In this document: positions 10,693 to 20,574 of the stretch, in pieces
Layout: each line of letters opens with the position of its first letter
Position numbering within the stretch: position 1 is the stretch's first letter
Assembly: GCA_964367815.1 (NCBI GenBank)
Contig: CAYIYR010000004.1
Coordinates: 3,236-67,235, forward strand
Reading direction: 5' to 3'
Length of the DNA stretch: 64,000 nt
DNA from: an uncultured Eubacteriales bacterium
Lineage (GTDB): Bacteria > Bacillota_I > Bacilli_A > RFN20 > UBA1709
Program-made: the position numbers and the translations under genes
The notes under the pieces: model-generated
Told to the model about the DNA's origin: nothing
The model's database searches: none
Seen by the model: the letters and a program-made list of their open reading frames with translations, nothing else

Positions 10693-11730
10693 TTAAACCG
10701 TATATGGTTTTAAGTCCATGTCTTTGTTTAGTTTGCAGATGAATAAGGCAATAATATCAATCATTGATTCAATATCATCATAGCTAGCTACTTCAACTGG
10801 ACTGTGCATGTATCTTAAGGGGATGGAGAACAAAACCACTGGTTCACCATGATTGACTTTGACAATCGTATCGCCATCCGTTCCCGTTCTTCCAGTCCAA
10901 ACTTCATATTGCACAGGCTTGTTTAACTCTTTGGCACATTCAGCTAATAAATCATTTAGCCTCCGATTAGGAATGGAGCCTAAGCAAATAACGCCACCCT
11001 TACCGAGTTTTACTTCGCCGGGCATTTTTGCTCCCGCATAATCAGTTGAAAAAGTAACATCCACAATTAAGCTGACATCAGGTTTAATCAAAGCTGATGA
11101 AGAATAAGCGCCTCTTCCGGTATTCTCTTCACCCGTGGTAGCTGTACAATAAATGCCAATTTTTGCTCCAGCTTTTTTTGCTTTCCAGGCCGCACATTGA
11201 GTGATAAAGACACCCAAGCGATCATCAAACGCTCTAGCTGAAACTTGATTATTCTGCAGTTCAACTAAATCAGTATCGTGAATAACATAGGAGCCAAGAG
11301 GAACCACGGCTTTAGAATCATCTTCTTTGTCACAACCGATATCAATGAATAAATCTTCACATTCTACTTTAGCTTTTTCCTCAATGACATTATTGGTTCC
11401 AACAACACCATGAATAATTCCTTCTTTAGTTATAATTCTTACTTTTGTACCCACATACAATTTTGGACTGATGTCACCATTTCTTCCAACAGTTAAGCTA
11501 CCATTGCTGTTGTAGCCGTTAACAACTAAGGAAATCTCATCCGCATGAGCAGCAATCATTAGTTTAAAATCCGCATTTGGATTATAAACTGAAGTCAAGC
11601 TCCCTTGGTTGTCCAGCATAAATTTATCAGCTTTATCAGCAAAATAATTAGCTAGTAATTTTGGCAATCCATCTTCATAACCAGTTGGAGATGGAGTCAT
11701 AATAATATCTTGTAATAATTTCTTATCCAT
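10693..11730 (-). CDS. M42 family metallopeptidase (glutamyl aminopeptidase-like)
   Basis: 345 aa with the M42/FrvX fold signature, including the N-terminal LLQDIIMTPSPTGYE motif. Confidence 0.75.
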   Translation of the reverse strand: MDKKLLQDIIMTPSPTGYEDGLPKLLANYFADKADKFMLDNQGSLTSVYNPNADFKLMIAAHADEISLVVNGYNSNGSLTVGRNGDISPKLYVGTKVRIITKEGIIHGVVGTNNVIEEKAKVECEDLFIDIGCDKEDDSKAVVPLGSYVIHDTDLVELQNNQVSARAFDDRLGVFITQCAAWKAKKAGAKIGIYCTATTGEENTGRGAYSSSALIKPDVSLIVDVTFSTDYAGAKMPGEVKLGKGGVICLGSIPNRRLNDLLAECAKELNKPVQYEVWTGRTGTDGDTIVKVNHGEPVVLFSIPLRYMHSPVEVASYDDIESMIDIIALFICKLNKDMDLKPYTV

Positions 11731-11742
11731 GATAGAACTCCT

Positions 11743-12204
11743 TTATTTAATTGTTAATTCGATATCGGGTATTTTGCGATATTTTACGCCTGCTGCCTTG
11801 AGCATTTTCTTCCCTGCAAGATCGCTTTCGGTACCATTATACTTATCATCACTGAAAACAATCTCTTTAATACCACTTTGAATGATTGCTTTGCAACACT
11901 CATGGCAAGGAAACAGTGAGACATAAATAGAACAACCCTGTAGATTCATAGTGCTATTTAGAATAGCATTTAACTCTGCATGTACTACAAATGGGTACTT
12001 GCTTTGGAAATACTCGCCTTCATTACACCAAGGGAAATCATCATCTTCACAGCCATAAGGAAAGCCATTGTAACCAACACCAACAATTCGTTTGGCTTGA
12101 TTAACAATACAGGCGCCTACTTTAGTATTTGGATCTTTGCTTCTCATAGCGGATAGCTTTGCTATCCCCAAGAAATATTGATCCCAGGTTAATTGTGCTT
12201 TCAT
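11743..12204 (-). CDS. dCMP deaminase (ComEB-like cytidine/deoxycytidylate deaminase)
   Basis: 153 aa with zinc-binding motifs HAELNAI and PCHECCKAI. Confidence 0.8.
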   Translation of the reverse strand: MKAQLTWDQYFLGIAKLSAMRSKDPNTKVGACIVNQAKRIVGVGYNGFPYGCEDDDFPWCNEGEYFQSKYPFVVHAELNAILNSTMNLQGCSIYVSLFPCHECCKAIIQSGIKEIVFSDDKYNGTESDLAGKKMLKAAGVKYRKIPDIELTIK

Positions 12205-13130
12205 TAGTTTCCCCTCCTCAAAGTTCCATAGGTTCTAAGATTATCTAACACTTCTTCAAAATAGTTTGGTAATGGAGCTTCTACTTGCACTCTAATCTCC
12301 TTACGCGGATGAATAAAGGCCAGAGTCGCAGCATGCAATAACTGATGATCAAAAGCCGGATGTTTTGGTCCATAGATTATATCTCCTACTATCGGAAACT
12401 TGGCGGCCTGGAAGTGAACTCTAATTTGATGAGTTCGGCCGGTTTCCAATAAACACTCCACATAAGTGAAGCCTGGAAATCTCTCTAATACTTTAAAATG
12501 CGTAATTGCTGGTTTACCATCAGCAACTATCGCCATCTTTTTTCGATCATTCTTCATGCGCCCAATCGGAGCGATAATCGTCCCCTCATTATGAGGTAAC
12601 TCCCCATGAACTAATGCTAAATAGCGTCTATAAGCTGTTTTACTTTTTAATTGTTTAGATAAGGACTCATGGGCTAAATTGTTTTTAGCTACCATAATCA
12701 AACCCGATGTTTCTTTATCAAGTCGGTGAACAATTCCTGGACGCATTTCACCGCTTAAATTTGATAATTCTTGGAAATGGTACAATAAGGCATTCACTAA
12801 TGTGCCTTCATAATGACCATTAGCAGGATGAACTACCATTCCCGCCGGTTTATTTATAACTAGTAAATCATCATCTTCATAGCGAATATCTAAAGGAATA
12901 TTCTCACTATGTAAGCCAATATCTGGTTCTTGATACTCTTTCAAATGAATGCGATCACCAGTTTTAACTTTCGAACTCGCTTTGCAGGGACCATCATTTA
13001 CTAAAACATAATGACCATCAATCAATTCTTGAGCTTTAGTTCTCGTTAAATCTTCGATTAAAGTCGATAAAGCCTTGTCTAGTCGCTCATTATTTAAGCT
13101 ACTATCAATAATAAAATCACTACTCTTCAT
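12204..13130 (-). CDS. rluD: 23S rRNA pseudouridine synthase, RluD/RluA family
   Basis: 308 aa. S4-like N-terminus and catalytic HRLDKETSGL motif. Confidence 0.85.
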   Translation of the reverse strand: MKSSDFIIDSSLNNERLDKALSTLIEDLTRTKAQELIDGHYVLVNDGPCKASSKVKTGDRIHLKEYQEPDIGLHSENIPLDIRYEDDDLLVINKPAGMVVHPANGHYEGTLVNALLYHFQELSNLSGEMRPGIVHRLDKETSGLIMVAKNNLAHESLSKQLKSKTAYRRYLALVHGELPHNEGTIIAPIGRMKNDRKKMAIVADGKPAITHFKVLERFPGFTYVECLLETGRTHQIRVHFQAAKFPIVGDIIYGPKHPAFDHQLLHAATLAFIHPRKEIRVQVEAPLPNYFEEVLDNLRTYGTLRRGN

Positions 13131-13647
13131 GACTTTCTTCTTTCTTTACAATATGTTCTTTAGGCTTCTCATCCTTTTCCAGAAAAATAAAGCTGATCAT
13201 AAGGACAATCGCCCCACAAGTTACTAGCATATCTGCCACATTGAAAACTGGGAAATAACTATTGAAGATTTTGAAAAAATTAAAATCAATAAAATCAATG
13301 ACCTTACCAAATAGGGCCCGATCAATTAAGTTTCCAAAGGCACCAGTAAAGACCATGCTTAAACCAACCTTAGTCAAAAGATGATTCTTACCTTTGAAGT
13401 AATAGACTCCAATAAGAATGCAGGCCAATAAGGAAATACCCGTTAACAGCCAACGCTGTCCGGCCATTGTTCCCCAAGCTGCTCCCTCATTATAAGTCAG
13501 TTGAAAATAGAACCAGTCCTTGATAATTGTAATCACTTTACCACCGGATAATTGGTTTTTAGCAATTACTTTGGTAACTTGATCAGCAATCACTCCGACC
13601 GGAAATATAATCAACAAGAATAAATTTTTCTTTAGGAATTCGCGCAT
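13120..13647 (-). CDS. lspA: Lipoprotein signal peptidase II
   Basis: 175 aa, 4 TM, NEGAAWG and NVADM motifs. Confidence 0.85.
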   Translation of the reverse strand: MREFLKKNLFLLIIFPVGVIADQVTKVIAKNQLSGGKVITIIKDWFYFQLTYNEGAAWGTMAGQRWLLTGISLLACILIGVYYFKGKNHLLTKVGLSMVFTGAFGNLIDRALFGKVIDFIDFNFFKIFNSYFPVFNVADMLVTCGAIVLMISFIFLEKDEKPKEHIVKKEESHEE

Positions 13648-16403
13648 TTCTCTTTTTCCTCATAGCGATGATAGACCGCTGCGCATCTCTCGCAGAGACC
13701 TTCTTCATTTACTTTCTCGAAGTGGTTCCAGCAACGGACACATTTCTGTCCTTGGTGGGCTTCTACTTTAATTTTAACAAAATCGTAGATATTTGCATCT
13801 AAATTTGTAACTTCTTCAACAGAAGAGACAATAAAGAAACGTTCTTTCTCAACTTTTGATAATTGATGATAGATTTTCTTGACCTCTTCATCCATGATTT
13901 CTAAACTGACTTTCGCTTCTTGAGCGGAGCCAATCAAACCATCATTACGTTTTTCTTCTAAGGCTTTTAAAACTTGGGAACGGAGTTTGAGTAAACGCTG
14001 GTATTCGCCGCTTAACTTCGCATCCACAGGTTGATGTTTCGCCATTTCTAGTAATTGGACAGTTGCCTTATCATTATTCATCAAACCATACATTTCTTCC
14101 ATTGTAAATGGAAGCATTGGTGCCAACAAGCGAACCAAAGTATCTAAAATAGTATAGATAACACTTTGAACTTGTCTTCTTCTCAATGAATCATAGGCAT
14201 CACAATAAAGAATGTCCTTGGTAATATCGAGATAGAATGAACTTAAATCAATAGCCATATAATTCAAAATCTCGGTTGAAACGCTGTTGAAATCATAGTT
14301 ATCGTAAGCATCTAATACCTTATTTGTTACTTCTTGTAAACGATTCAAAACATAAGTATCGATGATATCAACCGTAGCAGGTTTGTCCTTAGCATTGTCA
14401 TAAGTACCATAATTGCCATCGCTTAGGTTACCATGTAAGAAGCGGAGCGTGTTTCTAATTTTCCGATAAGATTCGGCGACTTGTTTCAAAATATCATCAG
14501 AAATACGCATATCAGACTGATAATCAATACTGGCAGTCCATAGTCTTAAGATATCGGCGCCATAAACGGAGCAGACTTTATTAGGATCGATAACATTGCC
14601 TAAAGACTTAGACATCTTATTACCCTTGTTATCTAAGGTAAAGCCATGGGAGACAACAGTCTTAAATGGTGATTGACCATTAAAGGCTGTCCCAATCGTA
14701 ATGGAGGAGTTAAACCAGCCACGATATTGATCGCTGCCCTCTAAATAGAGGTCAACAGGATATGGTAAACCTTTTTCTTTAATTACGGCCGTATGCGAAG
14801 AACCAGAATCAAACCAGACATCCATTATGTCTGTCTCTTTCCGATATTTGTTATTTGGTGAATGAGAATTGGTATAACCTTGGGGTAATAGTTCTTGAGC
14901 GGTTCTTTCAAACCAAACGTTTGAGCCATACTCCTTGAACAATTCTACGTAATGGTCAAAAACTTTCTTATCAATAATTGGTGTTTCATCTTCACAATAG
15001 ATGATTGGTAGGGGGACACCCCAAGCTCTCTGACGAGAGATACACCAGTCATAACGATCTCTTATCATATTAGATAGTCGAACATCGCCCCAAGAAGGAT
15101 ACCATTTAACTTTCTTAATCTCACTGAGAATTTTCTCTTTGATTGGATCAATGGAAACAAACCATTGGGCCGTAACTCTAAAGATAATTGGCTTATTTGT
15201 CCGCCAATCATGGGGATAAGAGTGAGTAATTGGTGTTTCTTTTAAGAGCGCACCACATTCAGTTAGCATCTCTAATACTTTAGTATTAGCTTTCCCATAA
15301 AATAGTCCTTCTAACTCAGGACCAGCTTCTTTGGTCATATAGCCCTTATCATCAACTGGACAGAGAATATCAAGATTATATAAACGACCAACATTAAAGT
15401 CATCTTCACCATGGCCAGGAGCGGTATGAACACAACCAGTACCAGCATCTTCGGTAACGTGATCGCCTAAAATAATTGGTGAATAACGATTATATAGTGG
15501 ATGTTTAGTTGTGATGCCCTCTAGTTCTTTACCTTTAAAGGTCTTTCTGAGTTTCATAGATCCTAAGGATAATTCTTTGCCTAATTTCTCTGCTAAACAG
15601 GTTAGAAAGATAAAGACGCCCTTTTCTGTTTCATAGACACCATATTCCAACTTGGCATTTAAACAGATTGCTAAGTTCGCCGGAATTGTCCATGGAGTGG
15701 TTGTCCAAATGATAAAAGACTCATCACCTGTTAATACATTCTTGGTATCAACTACTTTAAAGGCCACATAGATAGAAGATGAAGTAACATCATAGTACTC
15801 AATCTCAGCTTCCGCTAAACAAGATTCACTCGATGGTGACCAATAGACAGGTTTCTTCCCTTTATAGGCTAAACCATCCAGCGCCATCTTGCCAAAAATC
15901 TCTATCTGTTTGGCTTCATACTCTTTATATAAAGTAAGATACGGTTTCTCATAATCACCCATGCTGCCTAGACGAATAAATTCCGCCTTCTGACGAGCCA
16001 CTTGTTGCAAGGCATAATCGCGACACATATCGCGGTATTGAGGCATCGGGATTTCTTTCCGATTGATACCTTTCTTTTGAAGAACCGACTCAATTGGTAA
16101 GCCATGAGTATCCCAACCAGGAGTATATGGTGCTAAAAAGCCTGACATATTCTTATATCTAATGATAAAATCCTTTAAAATCTTATTTAAAGCATGGCCA
16201 ATATGGATATCTCCATTGGCATATGGTGGACCATCATGAAGCATGAAATAAGGTTTACCAGCATTGTTCTTAATAATTAAATTATAAAGATCCATGTCCT
16301 GCCACTTCTTCAATTGAACTGGCTCTTTGACTGCTAGATTACCCCGCATTTCAAACTTGGTTTTCGGCATTGTTAATGAATTTTTGATTTCCATTTTAAT
16401 CAT
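13632..16403 (-). CDS. ileS: Isoleucine--tRNA ligase
   Basis: 923 aa with HIGH (PPYANGDIHIGH) and KMSKS motifs and C-terminal zinc-finger cysteines. Confidence 0.95.
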   Translation of the reverse strand: MIKMEIKNSLTMPKTKFEMRGNLAVKEPVQLKKWQDMDLYNLIIKNNAGKPYFMLHDGPPYANGDIHIGHALNKILKDFIIRYKNMSGFLAPYTPGWDTHGLPIESVLQKKGINRKEIPMPQYRDMCRDYALQQVARQKAEFIRLGSMGDYEKPYLTLYKEYEAKQIEIFGKMALDGLAYKGKKPVYWSPSSESCLAEAEIEYYDVTSSSIYVAFKVVDTKNVLTGDESFIIWTTTPWTIPANLAICLNAKLEYGVYETEKGVFIFLTCLAEKLGKELSLGSMKLRKTFKGKELEGITTKHPLYNRYSPIILGDHVTEDAGTGCVHTAPGHGEDDFNVGRLYNLDILCPVDDKGYMTKEAGPELEGLFYGKANTKVLEMLTECGALLKETPITHSYPHDWRTNKPIIFRVTAQWFVSIDPIKEKILSEIKKVKWYPSWGDVRLSNMIRDRYDWCISRQRAWGVPLPIIYCEDETPIIDKKVFDHYVELFKEYGSNVWFERTAQELLPQGYTNSHSPNNKYRKETDIMDVWFDSGSSHTAVIKEKGLPYPVDLYLEGSDQYRGWFNSSITIGTAFNGQSPFKTVVSHGFTLDNKGNKMSKSLGNVIDPNKVCSVYGADILRLWTASIDYQSDMRISDDILKQVAESYRKIRNTLRFLHGNLSDGNYGTYDNAKDKPATVDIIDTYVLNRLQEVTNKVLDAYDNYDFNSVSTEILNYMAIDLSSFYLDITKDILYCDAYDSLRRRQVQSVIYTILDTLVRLLAPMLPFTMEEMYGLMNNDKATVQLLEMAKHQPVDAKLSGEYQRLLKLRSQVLKALEEKRNDGLIGSAQEAKVSLEIMDEEVKKIYHQLSKVEKERFFIVSSVEEVTNLDANIYDFVKIKVEAHQGQKCVRCWNHFEKVNEEGLCERCAAVYHRYEEKEKCANS

Positions 16404-16411
16404 CCTTTCTA

Positions 16412-16665
16412 AAATAAAAAACGTTCCTATATAATAGGAACGAATTATCGCGGTACCATCCTAGTTCATAGATAAATCTATGCTCTTAATTGCCGTAACG
16501 TGGCTAACGAACTCTTCTACTCATTTCAAAGAATCTCTCCGAAGGGATAATTACTGATAATTCCTCTAGTGTTTCACCAACCCACTAGTCTCTAAAAAGT
16601 CTTTCTCAATAATCTTGTCTTCTTCAACGATTTACAAGACTGATTTTCCCATATTTCATAGTTAT
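16412..16665 (-). promoter_or_regulatory. T-box riboswitch leader of ileS (Ile, AUC specifier candidate), including a promoter and a terminator/antiterminator
   Basis: On the minus strand, the T-box sequence AACTAGGATGGTACCGCG is followed by terminator hairpin CGTTCCTAT-TATA-TAGGAACG plus a U6 run ending just before the ileS RBS. Stem-I region contains GGAATTATCAG with AUC-A as candidate specifier. Upstream is TTGACA-17nt-GAAAAT. Confidence 0.8.
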
Positions 16666-16713
16666 TGTCAACGATTATTGTATTTCATACAAAAGAAAAA
16701 GTCCCGTTAAGGA

Positions 16714-17145
16714 CTATTTAACATCTTTGCTAATTAAGAAAGTTGAAGCATTTATTTTTTTGACAGAAATTGAAAGAGCGAACGCCACACCACAAACAAA
16801 GTCAATAATTCTTCTAGCTGTCAGTTTGCTTTGCTCATCTTTCAACAAGTGTTCAAGATTAACAATAACAGCATTACCTAAGATTATCTGCTGAGCGATA
16901 GTTTCAGCATCCTCATGAGCAGTCGGATTAAAAACCATTGTATTCGCTGGAGCAACATTTTTTGGTGCTGGTTGAGCTTCTTTTTGTTCATTGCCACCAT
17001 AGAGTTGATTATTTAGCACACTATCATCATTAGAAGAATGATATAAATCCCGATTACTTTCGAACTTTGGTTCAACTTTATCTGTATCAGGGATTATTTC
17101 TTCTTCAACCGGAAATAAAAACTTGCGTACTTTATCATTGCTCAT
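16714..17145 (-). CDS. sepF: Cell division protein SepF
   Basis: 143 aa. C-terminal SepF domain (AETIAQQIILGNAVIVNLEHL...ARRIIDFVCGVAFAL). Confidence 0.75.
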   Translation of the reverse strand: MSNDKVRKFLFPVEEEIIPDTDKVEPKFESNRDLYHSSNDDSVLNNQLYGGNEQKEAQPAPKNVAPANTMVFNPTAHEDAETIAQQIILGNAVIVNLEHLLKDEQSKLTARRIIDFVCGVAFALSISVKKINASTFLISKDVK

Positions 17146-17180
17146 AAGCGGCTCACCTCATTAAGTTATTTTAGCACAAA

Positions 17181-17420
17181 TTATTTATTTGTACCATAAT
17201 TTACTAAAATAACATCATCACCAATAGTGACAATCGCTTTATAAGGAATAATCAACTCATGTTCTCCCTTTGAAAAGCGAGCAAGAAAACGTCTATTCTG
17301 TTGATCTAGTACCAACGCTTTGATCTCTTCTTTCTCAAACTCATAATCAATAACGGCCCCAATAGTCATCCCATCATTGATATTGATGACACGCTTGGCC
17401 ATCAAATCACTAGCGCGCAT
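17181..17420 (-). CDS. YlmC/YmxH-family sporulation protein (PRC barrel)
   Basis: 79 aa, with size and motifs (MRASDL..K.VIN..DG..IG.V.D) matching YlmC/YmxH. Confidence 0.7.
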   Translation of the reverse strand: MRASDLMAKRVININDGMTIGAVIDYEFEKEEIKALVLDQQNRRFLARFSKGEHELIIPYKAIVTIGDDVILVNYGTNK

Positions 17421-17445
17421 ATTTCCACCTCAGTCTACTATATTC

Positions 17446-18219
17446 TTAAAAATATCTTTTTAATACTTCGATAGCGTTTTTCTCCAAGCGGGAAACTTGG
17501 GCTTGTGATATCCCAAAATCCTCAGCTATCTCTGCTTGGGTACGGTCTAAATAGTAACGATCATTAATTATTTTCTTTTGAAGAATATCTAAATTATCAA
17601 TGCCTTTTTTTAAAGAAAGCATGTCACTTATCTTATCAACGAAATCCGCTTCATAACGAATCTGATCAATTAAATATAAAGGTTCACCATCTTCTTCATA
17701 TACAGGATCATACAAAGAGCCAACACTTTGAACTGATTCCATCGCTTCATCAATTAACTTTTTATCGACTCCCACCAGTGTCCCAATCTCTTCATTATTT
17801 GGTTCCCTTTGATTTCTAATCAGAAATTCTTCTTTGGCTTTCAGCGACAAATAGGCGAGATCTTTTAATTGTCGAGATACTTTAATCGGAGTATTATCAC
17901 GTAAAAAGCGCTTAATCTCGCCACTAATCATAGGAACAGCATAGGTTGAGAAACGAACATTATGACTCAAATCAAAATTTTGAATTGATTTAATCAGACC
18001 GACACAACCAATTTGAAACAAGTCATCTAAGTTATTATGACGATCAGCGAAACGCTGAATAACGCTTAAAACAAGCCTAAGGTTACCGAGGATTAATTCC
18101 TCATATGCTGATTCATCGCCAGTCTTATACGCTTGAATATAATCAATAATCTGCTGATTACTTAATACTTTTAGTTTATTCGTATCAATGCCGCTAATTG
18201 TTACCTTGTATTTTGCCAT
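17446..18219 (-). CDS. sigG: Sporulation sigma factor sigma-G
   Basis: 257 aa. Contains the GNLRLVLSVIQRF region-2 signature and the N-terminal KLKVL motif. Confidence 0.85.
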   Translation of the reverse strand: MAKYKVTISGIDTNKLKVLSNQQIIDYIQAYKTGDESAYEELILGNLRLVLSVIQRFADRHNNLDDLFQIGCVGLIKSIQNFDLSHNVRFSTYAVPMISGEIKRFLRDNTPIKVSRQLKDLAYLSLKAKEEFLIRNQREPNNEEIGTLVGVDKKLIDEAMESVQSVGSLYDPVYEEDGEPLYLIDQIRYEADFVDKISDMLSLKKGIDNLDILQKKIINDRYYLDRTQAEIAEDFGISQAQVSRLEKNAIEVLKRYF

Positions 18220-18256
18220 TAAAAAACTCCTATGTCTAATAGGAGTATGACCAAAT

Positions 18257-18964
18257 TTACATGAGCTTATTCAAACGATTACGCAGTTTCTTTATTATAC
18301 GTTTCTCTAACCTAGATATGTAAGATTGGGAGATACCCAAATACTCTGCTACCTCTTTTTGAGTCATTTCTTCATTGTTATCTAAGCCAAAGCGAAGAAC
18401 TAGTATTTGTCTTTCTCGCTCTCTTAATTCATTGATAGCTTCAAATACTTCATCTTTCTTTTCACTTTGCTCAAGATTATCGACTATTGAATTAGTTTCG
18501 TTGCTAATAATATCGGAAAGCAGTAACTCATTGCCATCATAGTCAATGTTTAATGGCTCATCAAATGATACTTCAGCTTTCATCCGTGATTTCTTTCGCA
18601 GAAACATTAGAATTTCATTCTCAATACAACGCGACGCATAGGTTGCAAGCTTGATGTTCTTATCGGGCTTAAAAGTCTGAATCGCTTTAATTAGTCCGAG
18701 AGTACCAATGCTGATTAAATCTTCGAGATTAGTTAGATTTATTTCATATTTCTTGGCCACATAGACAACTAAGCGTAGATTATGCTCAATCAATTTATCG
18801 CGGGCTTCCATCGATCCTTGACTAAACTTTTCTAAGTAATACTCCTCTTCTTCCTTGCTTAATGGAGGTGGTAATGTTTCAGAACCATTAATGTAATATA
18901 CTTCACCATCTCTAATAATCAAATGTAGAATTCTTTTTAAACGATTAAGTAATTTCATCATCAT
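18257..18964 (-). CDS. sigE: Sporulation sigma factor sigma-E (pro-sigma-E)
   Basis: 235 aa. Pro-sequence followed by [20 protein letters not shown] and [14 protein letters not shown], matching the SigE signature. Confidence 0.85.
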   Translation of the reverse strand: MMMKLLNRLKRILHLIIRDGEVYYINGSETLPPPLSKEEEEYYLEKFSQGSMEARDKLIEHNLRLVVYVAKKYEINLTNLEDLISIGTLGLIKAIQTFKPDKNIKLATYASRCIENEILMFLRKKSRMKAEVSFDEPLNIDYDGNELLLSDIISNETNSIVDNLEQSEKKDEVFEAINELRERERQILVLRFGLDNNEEMTQKEVAEYLGISQSYISRLEKRIIKKLRNRLNKLM

Positions 18965-18970
18965 TTCCTC

Positions 18971-19699
18971 CTAAATAAGCAAGACATTCAATAGACAATC
19001 ACAGCCATAAAAATCATAATTTCCGCTAACTTTCGCAACTAAGACTCTCTGTCTTATATGCTTACACTTATGTTTTAATTCAATCTCACCGATAACTAGT
19101 TGATTAGGGTCATATTCAATCATTTTGGTTGGTGGTGTACAGATATTGGTTTGTTTGATAAAAATAACTGGCAATTCTTTGACTGTCAAACTATTGCCGG
19201 AGTCGTAGTACCCTTTCAGTTTCAAACTCTTCCCTTCACTTATCAAAATGAACTGATAAGTAAACTGCTGATGCCGGATGTATTTGCATAGTTTGATCAA
19301 TACAAAGCGCATAATCAGACCCGCAAGTAACATCGAAATATAAATGAAAAGCGCCATCGTGTTTTTAGCAAGCGGTAAAATTCCGGCTAAGTGAATCTGA
19401 TTAATAAATAAGCTCTCAATTAGAACAACACTAAAGTAAAAAAAGAAATAGATTAAAACTTCTTTAATATGTATTTGATAATATATGCATACTATTATTA
19501 GCAAATAGATGGCGCCTAGATACCAACTGCTGCGATAAAAAATTATTACTAGTGAAGATGCAAATATGAAAGCTATTTTTAACAAGAGTTTTCTTCTTTT
19601 TCCTACTATCGATGCCGTATAAAGTGTTGCTGCTAATGCATTAAGAAGCAGGCCCAAAAAAGAGAGATCAACATAGACATTCATATCATCACCGGTCAT
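18971..19699 (-). CDS. spoIIGA: Sigma-E processing peptidase SpoIIGA
   Basis: 242 aa. Multi-TM N-terminus and C-terminal aspartic-protease motif GYYDSGNSL. Lies upstream of sigE as in Bacillus. Confidence 0.75.
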   Translation of the reverse strand: MTGDDMNVYVDLSFLGLLLNALAATLYTASIVGKRRKLLLKIAFIFASSLVIIFYRSSWYLGAIYLLIIVCIYYQIHIKEVLIYFFFYFSVVLIESLFINQIHLAGILPLAKNTMALFIYISMLLAGLIMRFVLIKLCKYIRHQQFTYQFILISEGKSLKLKGYYDSGNSLTVKELPVIFIKQTNICTPPTKMIEYDPNQLVIGEIELKHKCKHIRQRVLVAKVSGNYDFYGCDCLLNVLLI

Positions 19700-19840
19700 A
19701 CTATAGCAGTTATATTGTGCGCATTTTGTCGGATAATGAATTATTATATTCCGAGATAATGCGATTAATTATTACCTCTTCACAGTATTTCGGATTATTC
19801 TCTAAAAATTCACCATTTAAGTTATACTCTAGGAAAAGGA

Positions 19841-20182
19841 GTGATATTAGTGCTAGCCCAAAGACTAAAAGAGTTGCGTGAAGCAAAAGATTTGAGCCAA
19901 AAAGAATTAGGCGAAATACTTAAAATAAGCAATAAAACTATTTCTGACTATGAGCGTAACATCTCCACTCCTGATATTGACACTCTTAAAAATATGTGTG
20001 AATTCTTCGGCGTAACTATTGATTACGCTGTAAGTGATTCAAAAGAATTAGAAGAACAGACAATTGAACTATACTGTCAAAATCTTGCCCTAAGAATTCG
20101 CAATGCGAACCTAGATAAAACTGCCAAGAAACAATTAATTAATGTTATTGAAGGAAGTGTTCAAGGCTACTTAAAAAAATAA
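19841..20182 (+). CDS. XRE-family helix-turn-helix transcriptional regulator
   Basis: 113 aa with an N-terminal HTH_XRE (LKELREAKDLSQKELGEILKISNKTISDYERN). Confidence 0.75.
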   Translation: MILVLAQRLKELREAKDLSQKELGEILKISNKTISDYERNISTPDIDTLKNMCEFFGVTIDYAVSDSKELEEQTIELYCQNLALRIRNANLDKTAKKQLINVIEGSVQGYLKK

Positions 20183-20211
20183 GAACTCCGGTTAAGAAGT
20201 TCTTTTTTTTA
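20181..20211 (+). terminator. Intrinsic terminator after the XRE gene
   Basis: AAGAACT...AGTTCTT 7-bp stem followed by a T8 run. Confidence 0.6.
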
Positions 20212-20568
20212 CATCCTTTTATTCTTGTTCTGCCTCATCTTAATGGAAGATACTATCGCATAGATGATTGCTATCCCCACCAACCCCAAAGCTACATAAA
20301 ATAGCCATGCTAGATCAAAAAACATTTCTAATGAAGTGCAAGAAAAGACTGCTCCTAACAAGGTAAAAATAATTGCTGATTGCCGGTAGTGCGGTTTCTT
20401 ATCCATGCTTGCTCTTTCTGCTTTGGAAGCATATATGTAAGCATTGTTGAAAAGAAAACCCTTTTCCTTAAACTGAAAACATGCGATAACAAAACATGCC
20501 ATCGCAATTACACCAACAATGATTCCACCTGCAATCATACCAACACCTAAAGAATAAAAAGCAGTCAA
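20209..20568 (-). CDS. Small integral membrane protein (DUF3784-like), function unknown
   Basis: 119 aa with three predicted TM helices and no catalytic motifs. Confidence 0.45.
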   Translation of the reverse strand: MTAFYSLGVGMIAGGIIVGVIAMACFVIACFQFKEKGFLFNNAYIYASKAERASMDKKPHYRQSAIIFTLLGAVFSCTSLEMFFDLAWLFYVALGLVGIAIIYAIVSSIKMRQNKNKRM

Positions 20569-20574
20569 AGATTG

